A stretch of DNA of 56,860 nt, filler included, from Platydemus manokwari (GCA_037951405.1; 5 parts of 5 records of this genome joined end to end with filler, not necessarily neighbours in it), one strand, 5' to 3'; counted from the whole stretch's first letter, positions 41,101-54,178 are shown. Translations and numbers: made by a program. The notes: a model not told the origin generated them from the sequence alone.

Positions 41101-43130
41101 AAACTCAAGTACTCTAGTGTAAAACAAAGTCAAAACCACATCAATCTCGTTTTAGCTTATTCTGTTCTTCATCGACAACCAAACCATGGATGGAACCGTT
41201 TGTCTTGAAAATGATTTAATCCAAAAATAAAAATAGAAAAACACACTGAAAGAAAACTACCAATTGTAATATCATTATTAGAATTGATTTTAAGAAGCTA
41301 CAATTTTGAAAGATACAACTTTTCGAATAATCAATAATAAGTTATTTTTACAATATCAATCCTATTATAGCATTATGATAATTTAGTCATTGATTAACAA
41401 TCCCAAAAAAGAACACAGACAATAATTAATTCGATAATATCTAATTATTTGTACAACCCAAATGATTAATAAAGAAATTAGAGTCTGGCAGTTTAAAGAA
41501 TTACAATGGATGATAATGGATCTTGTTCTATAAATTCTAAAAATAGGTCTTCACCTGTCAATAGCTCTATGGGTTTACTGAATTTTTAAAATTTGGTTTT
41601 CGAAATGTGATCCTAGATAATGTGAACACGACGATTGATATTTTATATATCCCAAATATAACTTGATTCAGTATGATCTCAAGAACAGATTTTTAATGTG
41701 ATTATAATAACATTTTCACGAAGTGTTGGAATAGATTGGGTAAATTTGTACAAACATTCCTTAATGTCAGTGGTTGGAAGTATAAAGTCTGGAGTATACC
41801 GGATTTTTCTTTTGAATTTTATCTAACTTCTATCATCTTTTCCAACTTACAGTGAGAAATAAATCAAAATCTTATTATGATCATTTATATTTACACCACA
41901 TATAATTCAATCCGGGACAAATTTCGAAAACCATGAATTCAGTTAATTGCACAAAAAGAAAAAAGTCCAGTATTAATTCAAGAATACCATCTTAGATTTT
42001 ATTTTCTGGCTGTATTGTAATTTATTCATGACGTTTAACCTACTATACTATAATCCATCATGAAATATTTCCAGACAAATAACAACTATGAGTACATCGG
42101 AATTTCTATTTTCATATTTTTATATAAATGCTTACCTTCTCAATCATAGAGGCATGATAACGAACGAATTATCGGTATAATATAATGACGATTTTAATTG
42201 GACAAAATACGAAGCTAAATAACAACTCATATATTTGGATTAACCAATTCCAGGCTTCATAAATAATTAATTTCGATTGGAATCTTGAAATTGGTTGATG
42301 GTTGAATTTAAATTATGGACATACAAAACATATAAATACTTGACTATAAATTTCGTAGAAAATATGGACTATTGGCAGCTGATTAAAGTGAAGTGTAATG
42401 ATTTTTACAATTTTATGTTAGTCTTTATTAGCACTGTATTGAGTAATGAAAGTTTTTTACACTATTCTTGGTTTTGTATCGCATCACTATTGTTATTCTC
42501 AGGAACTATCACAATCATGTTAAAATTTGTGAATTTATACGGTGACGTGAGCACTTAGAATTTTAGTTATCAATAATAAACATAATGCTTTAAAAATCGG
42601 TCTGAATAAGCCAATACAAATTCAAATCCAAAAATATAACAAATTCTTTGATTTTTCTAATCTATTTTATTTCGATGCACATAAATACATGACACCGATA
42701 TTGTAAAAATATATCATTGGTACAATTATTGAATGTTCCGTTATTATGACAATTTGTTGTGGAATGAAATTTGGACATCAATTCATGACTTTTATGTTTT
42801 TATCTGGCCTTTTTGATTCATATTTTTGTAAAATATAATTTATTTTATAACTCTCCAAATCTTTTAGGATAAATAAAAAGTAATTTAGAATTGATATTGA
42901 CTATCCCATATTTGTTTAATGTATGATCTTTATCAAAAAAATTTTTTCAAGCAATGAAATTATCGGGATATTTTTACATAATTTTCAATCCTGCAAAAAT
43001 GATACAAAAATTCAACTCACTAGTTATAGAGAGCAATATCTGGAATCCAAATGAGATGTGAGGGTATGAAAACAAATTTGATATTTTGAAAGTCCTTCGG
43101 ATCCCATTCCAAATGCAAATCCTTCCATCT
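35148..43130 (-). CDS. Nicotinic acetylcholine receptor alpha-type subunit, predicted anion-selective (partial: ligand-binding domain to M2-M3 loop)
   Basis: Exons 43021-43130 (110 nt, RWKDLHLEWDP...IWIPDIALYN), 37188-37361 (Cys-loop CFVNIKYFPFDIQVC, loop B FGPWTYDG), 36855-37135 (loop C YPCCDEPY, M1, PPESPAKMVLG) and 35148-35234 (M2 GMNIFVAFFLMLLLLQDTTPSASRNFPLIG). All are GT-AG with consistent phases. Both ends run off the segment. Confidence 0.93.
36341..36574. mobile_element. Candidate MITE in a nAChR intron
   Basis: Imperfect inverted ends acttt.....gtcccta / tagggac....aaagt enclose about 230 bp. Confidence 0.3.
38450..38900 (-). mobile_element. Possible Penelope-like RT remnant in a nAChR intron
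   Basis: IGSP/LTNSNIDY resembles MGSPLS..LANI.MD. Heavily decayed. Confidence 0.25.
39470..39830 (-). mobile_element. Tc1/mariner-superfamily transposase catalytic-domain remnant in a nAChR intron
   Basis: NGRPH (compare QDGA.PH) followed by LE*LSCFPDFALWDF/WG (compare EWPPRSPDLTPLDFFLWG), in the correct order and spacing. Confidence 0.5.
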
Positions 43131-43782
43131 CTAAAAAGGTAGGTCAAATTAAAATCGGAGAACTATTTAAGAATGATTTTGTTAATATTTCAACACTAGA
43201 AAATATATTTTAAAATGGATTTCGTTGTTGATTAAAATGAGATCAGTTATTAACCTTCATCATTATTTTATATTCTGTTGTTAATTCTTTATTTTCACTT
43301 TATAATAGTTTATGTTTCAAAGTTGAATCCAACGATGAAATTATCATCCACAATTTAATTAATAGTATGATGATAAATTCTGTATGAACGATACCAGTTA
43401 ATAATATAATAATTTAATATTGAGATTCTTCACAACTTTAAAGTCACGAATAAATTTGGAAAAAATGAAATAAAAATTGCTAATTAAAACAAAAAAATAT
43501 TTAATTTCATTAATAGATAGCAGTTATTTTCTTGGAAAAATGACATCATTTTACAGCGATTGCCGTCCTTTCATAAAAAACTTAGAGACGCCAGTTTTAC
43601 GATGCGAAATAATAACGACTTCCGATCAAATGTGTTTTAAATGGAAATATTTCTAGATAATTACGCTTGACGATACATTCTGGTAGAGAATTTACACTAA
43701 TTGATTTTTTCAATCATTAAACGAAATAAAAAATATGAATTTTTTATTCGAAATAGATGACAATATTTGATGTTATTGATCG

Positions 43783-43783
<1 letters not shown>

Positions 43784-43853
<70 letters not shown>
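43784..43853. repeat. Perfect (ATT)n microsatellite at the end of segment 4
   Basis: Direct reading. Confidence 0.95.
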
Positions 43854-43953
43854 NNNNNNNNNNNNNNNNNNNNNNNNNNNNNNNNNNNNNNNNNNNNTTA
43901 ATTAATTAANNNNNNNNNNNNNNNNNNNNNNNNNNNNNNNNNNNNNNNNNNNN
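43854..43953. other. Artificial contig spacer 4
   Basis: 44N-TTAATTAATTAA-44N. Confidence 0.97.
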
Positions 43954-43992
43954 TTATATAGAAAAAAGAATAATAAAAAATCTATAATGAAA

Positions 43993-44340
43993 TTACAATC
44001 GGGTTAAATATCTTGTCGACCAGTATATGTTTTCATTAATTTTTAACTGTGGTCTATAAATTTAATAAATGATGCGACTTACAATTATTTATTTTTTAAT
44101 GAATGACTTGCTCGGCAGTGGCCAAGTTTGGGAAATGTACAGGGAGAGAAAAAGACTTGGGGAAAGAAGGATTAGAGTGTGGATTTAGACGCTTGAGGTC
44201 AGCAATCATTCTTTAATCTACGATTAAACATTTCTGACTTTATTATTTGTGAATATCTGATTATCTGATTCTTATCGTGATTATATTTGACTCTTATCAA
44301 AATCCTTAGTGATTTTTGAAATATTTGATTTTTTCATACA
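43993..44340 (+). mobile_element. LTR-like repeat, possibly related to the block at 49672-49930
   Basis: Both blocks begin ttaca(g)atc(c)gggt(t/c)aa and share gtgatt(a/t)tattt(g/ta)actct near their ends. This copy ends in ...TACA. Confidence 0.3.
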
Positions 44341-45319
44341 ATGCAATGTACATAAATCGTTAATTAATTGTAAAAGTATTTTATTCTGTATAAAATTAAA
44401 AATTTAATTATAAAAGATTTTATTTGAGGTAATTAAAACTACTTAATAAAATAAAATGGAAAAAATAAGTTTAAAATTAATTGATAAATTAAAATGTCTA
44501 TAATAAATTATATAACAAAATTTGTAATATCAGAGAAAATTTTTAGATTTATAAGGTTAAAGAACTTTTAAGATTATAGATCATAAGGTCCAAGGCAATA
44601 AAAAATAATAAAAATTTATGAGTGATGGAAAGACCTTAGGTACTAAGTTCCGAACTTTAGCTACTATATTCACTCTCAAAAATTTTATATCCAAAATCAA
44701 AATGAAGTGAACTATTATATAAAGCGACCAGTAAGTTGTCATATAAGCAGCAGATCAATTGCAAATAAAAATTATTACAGAAAATAAATAATCAGCGTTG
44801 GTAAATTTTCCACATCAATAAAAAAGATTAAATGAGTAATACGCCAACAAGTTTACATCCATTTGGACTGTATATAATCATATTCTAACATATATCTACT
44901 CGAATTCATTGAAGAATTTAGGATGTTCTTGCGCTCTCGGCACTATAACCATATTCATTTGTTACAAAATAATATTTGAATTTGTGTTACGAGTTCATCA
45001 TAAAAAATTAAACCTCATGTTATTTCATAATGAAATACTTAAATAGTTGTTCATAAAGATACATTAAATAAAGCACATGAGTTACATGAGTTTTTAATAA
45101 AAGAAATGAAATTACTTCTAAACATTGGAGTTCGTTAATAAAATATTTCAATAACAAAGACATTGAAGAATACATCATGATATACTTATTTTTGTAATTG
45201 TAAATTTATAAATTTTTTTACCAAGATTATTAAGTAAATCGAAAAATCCTGTATTTTTCATATTGAAAAAAATTTTTGATTGGTTGTTTTAATAATATTA
45301 TAAGTTGGATTTAAAAATA

Positions 45320-48117
45320 ATGAAGGTATGTTTCACTTTTTGGTAGTTATAAATAATGTACACACTCTGATATTAAAAATGTTGTATTCCCTTGGGCTAA
45401 TGACAACTTTAGAACATTCAATTCAATTTGAAATTATTGAATTACTTAATCTACTGATTATTGATTCCTAATTGGTTTGAAAATACCATTAACATTCAAG
45501 CTATTTTAGGATAATAAATTTTAGAAATTAACGTTTTTGGGAACAGCTAGTGGATATCCTTCTCCTACTCGAACAGTTTCTGGAATTATATTGCATCATG
45601 CGATAAATGGTAATCAATGGATCTTTGATTGTGGTGAGGGAACACAAGTCCAAATTCAAAAATCAAAAGACACTAAGTTCAAAAAGATCAGCAAAATATT
45701 TATCACTCATTTGCATGGAGATCATGTTTATGGACTACCTGGCTTGTTGTCATCTATAGAGAATGAAGAAATGTGTATCGACATCTATGGCCCAGTTGGT
45801 CTTAAAAAGCTATTAAGAACGTGTCTAGGATTATCCAATCACTATCTAAATTTGAAGTATTCAGTTCACGAGATAATAATAGAATCAAAAGATTGCCCCA
45901 GTAATTGGAAACCCCTTGTTTCTCATGAATCTATTGATCCACCCCTTCCTAACGAAATTGATGGTGATCTAGTAAAATCAGTTGTCGACGATAACGGTAT
46001 ATTATTATTGATGTGACATTATTATTATATAAAAAAGGTGATATTGCTTGGAAATTATTTTACGACGGAGGATGTAAAGCAACAGTTTGGGCTGTGCCTC
46101 TTAAGCATTCGGTACCGACTTTGGGATTTGTCATTCTTAGTGACGATAAACCAGGTCAACTCAATGCTGCAAAGGCTATGGTTTTAGGAGTACCGAAAGG
46201 TCCACTAATGGGTCAATTGAAAAATGTAAATATCTACTATTTATATATTGGTTAATTGACTCAACCAATTTCTAGGGTGAAAACATAGTTTTGTTAAATG
46301 GCAAAACAGTTTATCATTCAGAAGTCATTTCAGAAGGAAAACCAGGTATACATTTGGCAATATTGGGAGACACTTGCAATTCTGAATCTCTCATAAGATT
46401 TATGAAGAGACCCGAAATCAGAATTGGTTCTCATCATCCTAAATTGAATTATCTAGTTCACGAATGTACTTTCGAAAATGGAATGGAAGATCACTGCATT
46501 AAAAAAGGTAATTATTCGATTAATTATTATTCTTTGATTTTTTTGTACATTTTTCTTTAAAATATTGAATAATTCACATTAATATTATTTAATTATGACT
46601 TAGTTTATAAAATAAATTATTTTTATTTTTCAATAAATATTTTCTATTATTTACAAAAGATCCCGAACTCATTTGTCTTCCTTTATCTTTATTTCTTCTT
46701 TATCCAATTGATTATTTTAAATATTTCTCAAGTTATACCAGTGCATATCAAACTATTTACCTTGTGACTCACTGAAAACGAATTCGCTTTTAACCTCTAA
46801 ATCAACAAAAATTATTTTTAATAAAGTAATATTGGCTTGCCATCATATATTACACATATCAGGAATCCAGAGTCCTTTCATCTTATTCAATTCATGGTGA
46901 TAGAAAACATTGTCATATTAAAACGATGTTGTTTGTTTTGTGAGGAGCACGGTTTTTCTCACATAAAGATTTTTCAGTTATACTTGCTTGCTCACTTATT
47001 GTGTGCTCAGTGAATAATCAGCTTGTGGGAAGTGAGGGTAGATAATTTGGTTAGATCTTTGACTAAAATAATTATTATCAACTATAGACTGTTTATTAAT
47101 AAATATATTTTAATTCACAACAACTCAAAGATATAATGTTCCGGTCACAATCATCAAGTTATTTATTAGACATTTCATAATTATATTTTGAACCCTGCTA
47201 ATCATTTGTTACACATATTTTTGTATCACAGAAAACAATAATATACCGACAAAAATAAAATTAATAAAAATGTTACCAAACTAAGAAACTATCGAACTCG
47301 ATTAGTATTTCTTCATTTGTGCTAGAAAAATAGTGTTGTTAAATGAGTTTACTAGACAACTATTCCAAACTGATAAATGGGTTAACAATTAAATCAATAA
47401 CAAGGTATTGTTTTTCTTGTCCAATCACAATTAGCCGAACTAGAACTACTATTCTATTTTTAGCAATTTCTTCAGATTTTTTGAAAGATTTTACGTAAAC
47501 TTTTTTTATAATTCTGATAGTATTTGCTAAATTAATTGTTCAAAATTTCAATAAATAAAATTTAAAAATCTTTGATTGGTATTAAACCAGTTATACTAGA
47601 TATTGTTAATTATATATAGTCAATTTTTTATGTAACCATAAGTGTCAGAGTAAGTACTTTTCCAGTTTTGCCTTGTCAACGGGGTTTGGAAAATTTGAGA
47701 CAACATCGGTATTTAAGCAATTTTAAATATATTTATAATTAGTTGAATATAAAAATATAAATTTATATATTATCAACTCAAAGCATGATAATTATCAAAA
47801 AACTTATAATGCGCGGTATTTGACAATTCTGTTAATAATAGAAATTTATGAAAAATTCAATAATTTTTGTTTTCAACTTGAATTTTTCATCTAATGTAGG
47901 TCATTCTAATCCAAATATGGCTGTCCAATTAGCTCAAAATCTAAATGTAGACACCCTGATATTAACTCATTTCAGTCAGCGATATATTAATGAAGATGAA
48001 GAAATTCGTGGTGACCAGAAAAGAGTTACTATTTTACGAGATCAAGCTTTAGAGAATAAAGAATTCACGGGCAATGTTGTGATTGCAGCCGATTTATTTT
48101 CTATTGATTTAATATAA
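45320..48117 (+). CDS. ELAC1: Short-form RNase Z (RNase ZS / ELAC1), about 370 aa
   Basis: Exons 45525-45996, 46038-46225, 46276-46507 and 47900-48117, with consistent phases. The start comes either from a micro-exon ATGAAG at 45320-45325 (donor GTATGT) or from trans-splicing. Motifs: TFLGTASGYPSPTR, FDCGEGTQ, THLHGDHVYGLPG, LKHSVP, GP-rich flexible arm GVPKGPLMGQLK, LGDT, HECTF, GHS and LTHFSQRY. Confidence 0.93.
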
Positions 48118-48399
48118 ATTTTTCTATTAACTTGTTTCTTATTTGTTTAAATTTTATCATGTATATGCCTTTAATTTTTTATTTATAATTCAATTATAAA
48201 TTAAGCACAATGTAATGTTAATTAATTTCACATTATCGGTTTCGTAATTCTCATTTATGATAACATTCAAATAATTATCATGGCCATGATAAAACGTTTA
48301 GAAAATTTTATCATTATTTAGTTCCACCTATTCTTGATCATTTCTCCATTTACTCGTTAAGTCAATATCTGTTTGATAATAATACATTATGAATTTCAT

Positions 48400-48650
48400 T
48401 ATTGGCTTCCCTTTCTTCTAGGTTTTAAATAAAAGAATAGTTTGTTGAATTATCTTTCTCTAGGTTCGTTAATGAGCGAATACATACATGAAATGATGTG
48501 GCTCCTTAATGAATTGAATCCTACTATTCAAATTTTTTGCTAACCTGAAAAACCTGATAACTATTTTCTAATTGAAGGTTGATGTGGTAGATGGTTTAGA
48601 GAGATTTGATTCTGAAAGACTTAATTTTTTCCAAGCATCTGGATGATGCG
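48400..48650 (-). mobile_element. Possible Penelope-like remnant
   Basis: TSTFN*KIVIRFFRLAKNLNSRIQFIKE resembles the region after the RT in PLEs (S.K.GII...RA..ICS...F..E). The match is weak. Confidence 0.2.
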
Positions 48651-49671
48651 ATTGGTCAGGATCTGATTTACCAAATAATGATAGATTCAAAATGAATAAA
48701 AATGGATCACAAAAATTGTTTTCTATAATTTTCCACAATAATTTTCGCTGGTTTCATACTGTTAAAAATTCATGATCATAATGGTTAGATTTCAATTAGA
48801 TATAGAGTTTTTAATTAGATTTTTAACATTTTTGAACAGGAATTGGTTCATATACGTGTTTATGTCATCGTGGGGCTATTGTTTACTCAAATTGAAATTC
48901 TCATTTTAACAAACTTTGATTGGCTAATTGTTCCTTATCATCCCCACACTCTGAAATTTTTTCTAATTCTGCTTAAAAATCTTCTGAATCTTTTTCGTCG
49001 ATGTCAATGTTACGAAATGGTCTTCTGAGTACTTGTAAACAGTCACTTTAAATTAAACTTTTATTTTTCTGAATCTCGAGTAATGTATTTTAGGAAGATC
49101 TATTATGTGGTATTGATTGGGTTTTGATTGATTTTAAATTTGGGACAAAATAACTTCATTAAATTATTCAAAAAACAATTTAATTTTAAAAATAATGATG
49201 AAAATTCACAATACTTTCCGAATATTTTAATTTTTCTTTTAAATTTTTGTATACAATTTTAGAAAGATGTGATGATGTTGAATGAGCCACCATCATAAAA
49301 AACCCTTGAAAATATGTAGAAAATTGTATTTACTTGGAAAATATGAACTATACATTGTTCAAATATTACGAAACAAATACATTCCATCCTGATATCCACG
49401 CTAATTAACCTCGATTCGGGTTACTGACTGAGGAGTGATATAATTAAGTTGACGAAATTAATGATATTATCATTGGCATCTTGACTTTGATAATTCGACA
49501 TTATTGAAGACATTTCTGATCTTAATTGTGACAATTCGAATTGTCAAAATTGATGAAAATACTTGAAATTGTGGTATAAAGTAATTTATTGATTTATTTC
49601 ACCTATAATGAAGTCCATTTGCTTGGAATATAAAATACGTAAAATTTATGATATGTTAAAAATAGTATAAA

Positions 49672-49930
49672 TGTTACAGATCCGGGTCAATGTCAATAAT
49701 ATATCAACAGCCATCAACGTCCTCAGTCCCTGTCTTCAGCCTACCTGAAGATAAGACCCAAATCCCAACAAACCCAGTCTCAATCTTCCTACCAAAGCTT
49801 GCAAAGACGCAAGTGGAGGGTAGACATTAATGAAGACAATTAAAGATAAGATTGAGATTTTTGATTTAACTCTAGTGATTTTATTTTAACTCTGACTTTT
49901 TGCATGAATATGATTTATTTGTAAATATTT
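49672..49930 (+). mobile_element. LTR-like repeat starting TGTTACAGATCCGGG
   Basis: TGT start, locally higher GC, and short motifs shared with 43993-44340. The 3' boundary is uncertain. Confidence 0.3.
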
Positions 49931-51460
49931 TGTGATAATGTAAAAAATTCATGTAAAAAAATGTATAAAATTTATGGTTCAAAAAATAAAAATTCATTAA
50001 TACGCAAAAATTATATTTTTTAAAAATTATTTTATTTTTGGAAATAATGTACTAAATAATAATAGTTTGTAAATTGAACGAAATAAATGAATAATAATAA
50101 TAATTTATTTGAGCACGGAATAATAATAATAATATTAATAAATAGAATTTATAAATATAAGTTATACATATGAGCGTATTTGTGGGCGAAATCGGAATTT
50201 TATGTTAGCGAAAAATAAATTAAAATGTTTAATGTAAGTGGATTTGTAAAATAATGTTAAAATGCAATAAGGGAAAAGAAAATAGACTAAAATAATTATT
50301 TATAATTCATAAATTAAAATTTCTATATAATGAATAGAAAAATAATAAAATTCGTTTACACGAAAAGATTTCAAGCTCTGAAGAAAACCAGAAATTATAA
50401 GTTATCTTACGAGTACTTTTTTTGACAGAGAAACTGACGGTGCAGCCTTGAATAGATAATCTTATGAATACGATTTTGAAAGAATTAGTCAAATTATTAG
50501 AGAAATAAAAAATCTATAAAAAAAATTTATAATTAAAAAATCTATAATTTAAAATCATGTATTTTCAACACAATTCTTCACTTGTTGACCCTCGCTTTTA
50601 AAACCATATGGTCTGGTAAATTTGAACTTTTGAGTAATTGTGAAATTTAATGTATTTGCGAAGTAATGTGTAATTATTGAATAAAAGAGAAACAATTATT
50701 GTAAAGAAATTTGAAATATTCATTTGTAGATTTGTGATAAATTCAAATAAATGTGATTGCCACATTCTTTGTGTTACTTCATTTTTGATTAATATTTAAG
50801 CACACGCTTCTACCGGATTGACATTGCACTTCAACCGGTAGTATCGGACTCAGAAAATATTTAAATTAGAAATAATAACTTCAACATAAATATGACAAAA
50901 ATAACGATCAGTAATAGCGAATAAGTGCAAAATATTAAGCAAATCAAATTAATCAACAAAAACAATATTCTGTCAATAAGGTAAAACAGGAGAGAGCAAA
51001 GGCTATATTCACTTCATTTTTATGAATAATTGTGTAAAGTGTTGATTATTTAATTTTCTTAATTAAATGGATATTGAAAAGATTGTACCTCTTACATCAA
51101 AATAAACTTCACAAATCAATTGTCAAAAAAGTCATTTTTCATTATTGGGACTAGAGAATATGCCAATTAAAATAGATCGTTGAATTTATATGCTCGGAGG
51201 AGACAAATCTTAAAATCATACGATTTATTTATACGAGATATTAAAAGAAACCCATGAATTTTAAGGGAAAAAATTTTAAAGTTTGATAATTGAAGAAAAT
51301 TCTAAAAAAGTAAAGTACTTAAAGAAAAATTTTTGAAATTGCATGACCTATTTGACCAAAGCGCACAAGTTTGGAATATTATAAATGAGAAAAATAAAAT
51401 TTAGAATCTAAACGGTGTGAAAAGTGAGCTTTGTGTGGTAGAGGCATCACAAATGTCAAG

Positions 51461-52536
51461 GACTAGCGTCACTAACTTAGGATCTAGACTAATTGTGACT
51501 AGTATTTTGGATTAGATGAAAGATAAATGCAGGGTAAAAGTTTTTTATATTCGTTTAAAACTGTTAAAATGAGACTAGACTTATTTATTTTTAGGCGTCA
51601 AATTTCTGTGGAGGCTTTCCTTACGTATTTGAATTAGTTGTTAATAAATATTGATTATTTAATGAATTATGGCTTTGCCAAAATGTGTTGGATTGTGGAT
51701 GTTAATGAATGTATTACAGCTCAGTAGTGTGAGTTCCTTTATGTACATGATATTGTATTTTATTGAAAATCATTAAATAGTTACAAATCAAGACAAACTT
51801 AAATATATGATTTACTGAATTAATCACAAAAGATTTGCACAGTTTAGCTCAATCGATAAGTTTACAATAAATGGGTATAGTAATATTGTCGAAACGCAAG
51901 AACTGTTAAATATTTAATGATTTTGAAATATAGATTTTGAAAGAATATTTATTATCTAACCAAAAGTCTGATCCTATTTGTGACCTTCATTTATTTAGTT
52001 ATAATGAGATATTTATCAAAAATGTGATCACGATTATCAGTTTGCAAGTTTACTCTAACTAAAATTCCAGTTAGTCATATTCAATCATATCGACTATAAC
52101 TTCCTCCTTGATTGACATTTTAAAATTTTATAATAATATAAATTTAACATGATTTTTTATTAATTTCTGTTATATATAATTAAAAGTCTGAATATTGTGA
52201 ATATTGGTTGAAAATTAGAGATAATATGATAATGACCAAAAATCTGGAGTTATTAAAGTTATTGGTTCTTTATGTTGAGAAATGTATACCGTTAAATTTT
52301 ATCTTTAAAAATATTTTTTGTATGGTGCTGAAACTTGGAGATGAATAGAACTGAACCTCAAAAGTCCAATCAAAATTGCTTTGTATTGTTGGATGTACAT
52401 ATAATATAATACAGATAATATAAAGATAAAAATAGGTAATAAAATATAATAATAAAAATTTAAAAATATTAAAAACAAAATTCCATAACAACATATGGAA
52501 TTAATCATTAGTTACAATTAGTCAGTAGTGACTAAT
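51461..52536. mobile_element. Candidate non-autonomous DNA transposon (about 1.07 kb)
   Basis: gactaattgtgactagt (about 51487) is the near reverse complement of attagttacaattagtc (about 52507). A gtcacta/tagtgac pair lies outside these. Confidence 0.35.
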
Positions 52537-53742
52537 TTAGAATTAACATGACAAAATCATACGTTGCCGTGGAAACTTGAATTATTCAGGAATAAAGCCA
52601 CTGGAACTTCAGAAATCTCCGAGGAAACATGACTATGTGTTTTTACGCTTAGTCAGCAACTCATGAGAAAAAGTATATAAACCAGCGAGTTTGAGAATTA
52701 GAAACACAAAATTATTCTATCAATAACGAATCAGCAGGTTACCGTGATTTACAACTCCTCATTCTTAGGTAGTAACTCATATTATTAAACCAGAATTACG
52801 TTCGAAGGATTTTCACAAGCATTGGAACTAATATATATTCGAAATGGCGAGGCTTTTTCTTACTTACGTCTTTCCTACTTTTTCATCAATCTCCAGTAGG
52901 AGATTAGTTGAAAAACAGTAAATCGCAATCTACAAAGTCGTTAGAGTTTGTAGGCCTAAAATCATTATTCATTTCTTTAGTTTTCATTCGAAGTAAGCGG
53001 AACCTAGTCCCTCCGCCGATTTTATTCTCTTCAGGGCTTCAAGCTTCTACTTTTAAACGGAGCTAGTAATACATTGTATATTTGATTATCAATAAAAGTT
53101 TTATTCATTATTCATATTTGTTATTACTCATATACATTATTTATAACCACAGCCTTACTTCTGTGAAGAGTCAGATTTTTGGTGGATACCCATTAATCTG
53201 CTTTTGACGAATTGAAATAAAATAAAATTTGAATCATTGAGGTCGTCTTATTGATTCAAATTATTATCATCACCGGAGTATCGTAATATTCCATCAATAT
53301 ATTTCAAGTTCTCAAAACAATGGTGAGCAAGAGTTAAAAGAATTAGATACCAAGTAAAGCTGAAAACTCAAATAATGATTACGCTCATATTGCAAGCAAA
53401 AATTTGGACAACGGTAAAGATTTAATTCATTATTAGATTCGAGTCGAAATTATCATATAGTCATTATGATATCATTTCCGTTATTTTTCTGTTTTATGGG
53501 TTACCATTAGATCTATATGAATGTGATCCGTTTGAATTTATTAGTTGCATGACATATTTCTGTGAATAATCTTAAAGTGGATTATCCAATTATTTAAAAT
53601 AAATGACAAAAAAGTATTCAAACAAATTGACATCAAAAACGCTCTTTTATTAAAATCGTTAAGTGCTAATATAGGTATAATACTTCTAAAAAAATTCAAA
53701 GAGCTCATATATTGGTATACGAATTTGGAATTAATTTAAATT

Positions 53743-54178
53743 TGTTGAGAGAAAAGGTTTTCGCGTTAAACTCACAGGGAACTGAAAATATTAAAAGCAT
53801 TCTAATGAATCGATTTTTGAAAGGAATAAAAATTTATATTGTAGCAAGTGTAGTTGTAAGGGAGTAGTGTGTAGCTGTAGTACATAGTATTAGAAGTGTG
53901 CTAATTAGTAACTGTAATATTACAGTGGACTATTAACTAAGAGTAGATTTTGAACCAAAGTATCCAGAAGAAGTACCGGGAATTGGTCCTCGATATATTA
54001 ATTTGACCCTATCGGGATCTGTATCCCTGTAATATTGATATTCAATCTATATTGTAGTTCAAATATATCTTAATCAGAAAATTTTTGGTCTTTATTCAGT
54101 GTGCACCGGAATTAGATTAAGAATCAGATTAAATAGTTAGAGTCGAACCGTTAAGGGGGAGTAGTTCGGAACTTAACA
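53743..54178. mobile_element. Candidate solo LTR (about 436 bp)
   Basis: Inverted termini TGTTGAG / CTTAACA (6 of 7 match) with a distinct composition inside. No TSD. Confidence 0.45.

Noticed and set aside
41330-42250. LINE ORF1/endonuclease relic in the nAChR intron
   Set aside because: Only vague Cys-containing fragments are visible, with no motif clear enough to support a call.
43690-43720. GATTGAAAAAATCAATTAGTG (minus strand) as the missing DEKNQ nAChR exon
   Set aside because: It contains in-frame stops and has no suitable splice sites.
13715-43909. Recurrent TTAATTAATTAA palindrome as a biological repeat, recombination site or CRISPR-like array
   Set aside because: It is always centred in exactly 44+44 N, so it is an artificial linker.
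19381-48117. PFK, RPS14, nAChR and RNase Z as a functional gene cluster or novel system
   Set aside because: Each gene lies on a different segment separated by artificial spacers, so the adjacency has no support.
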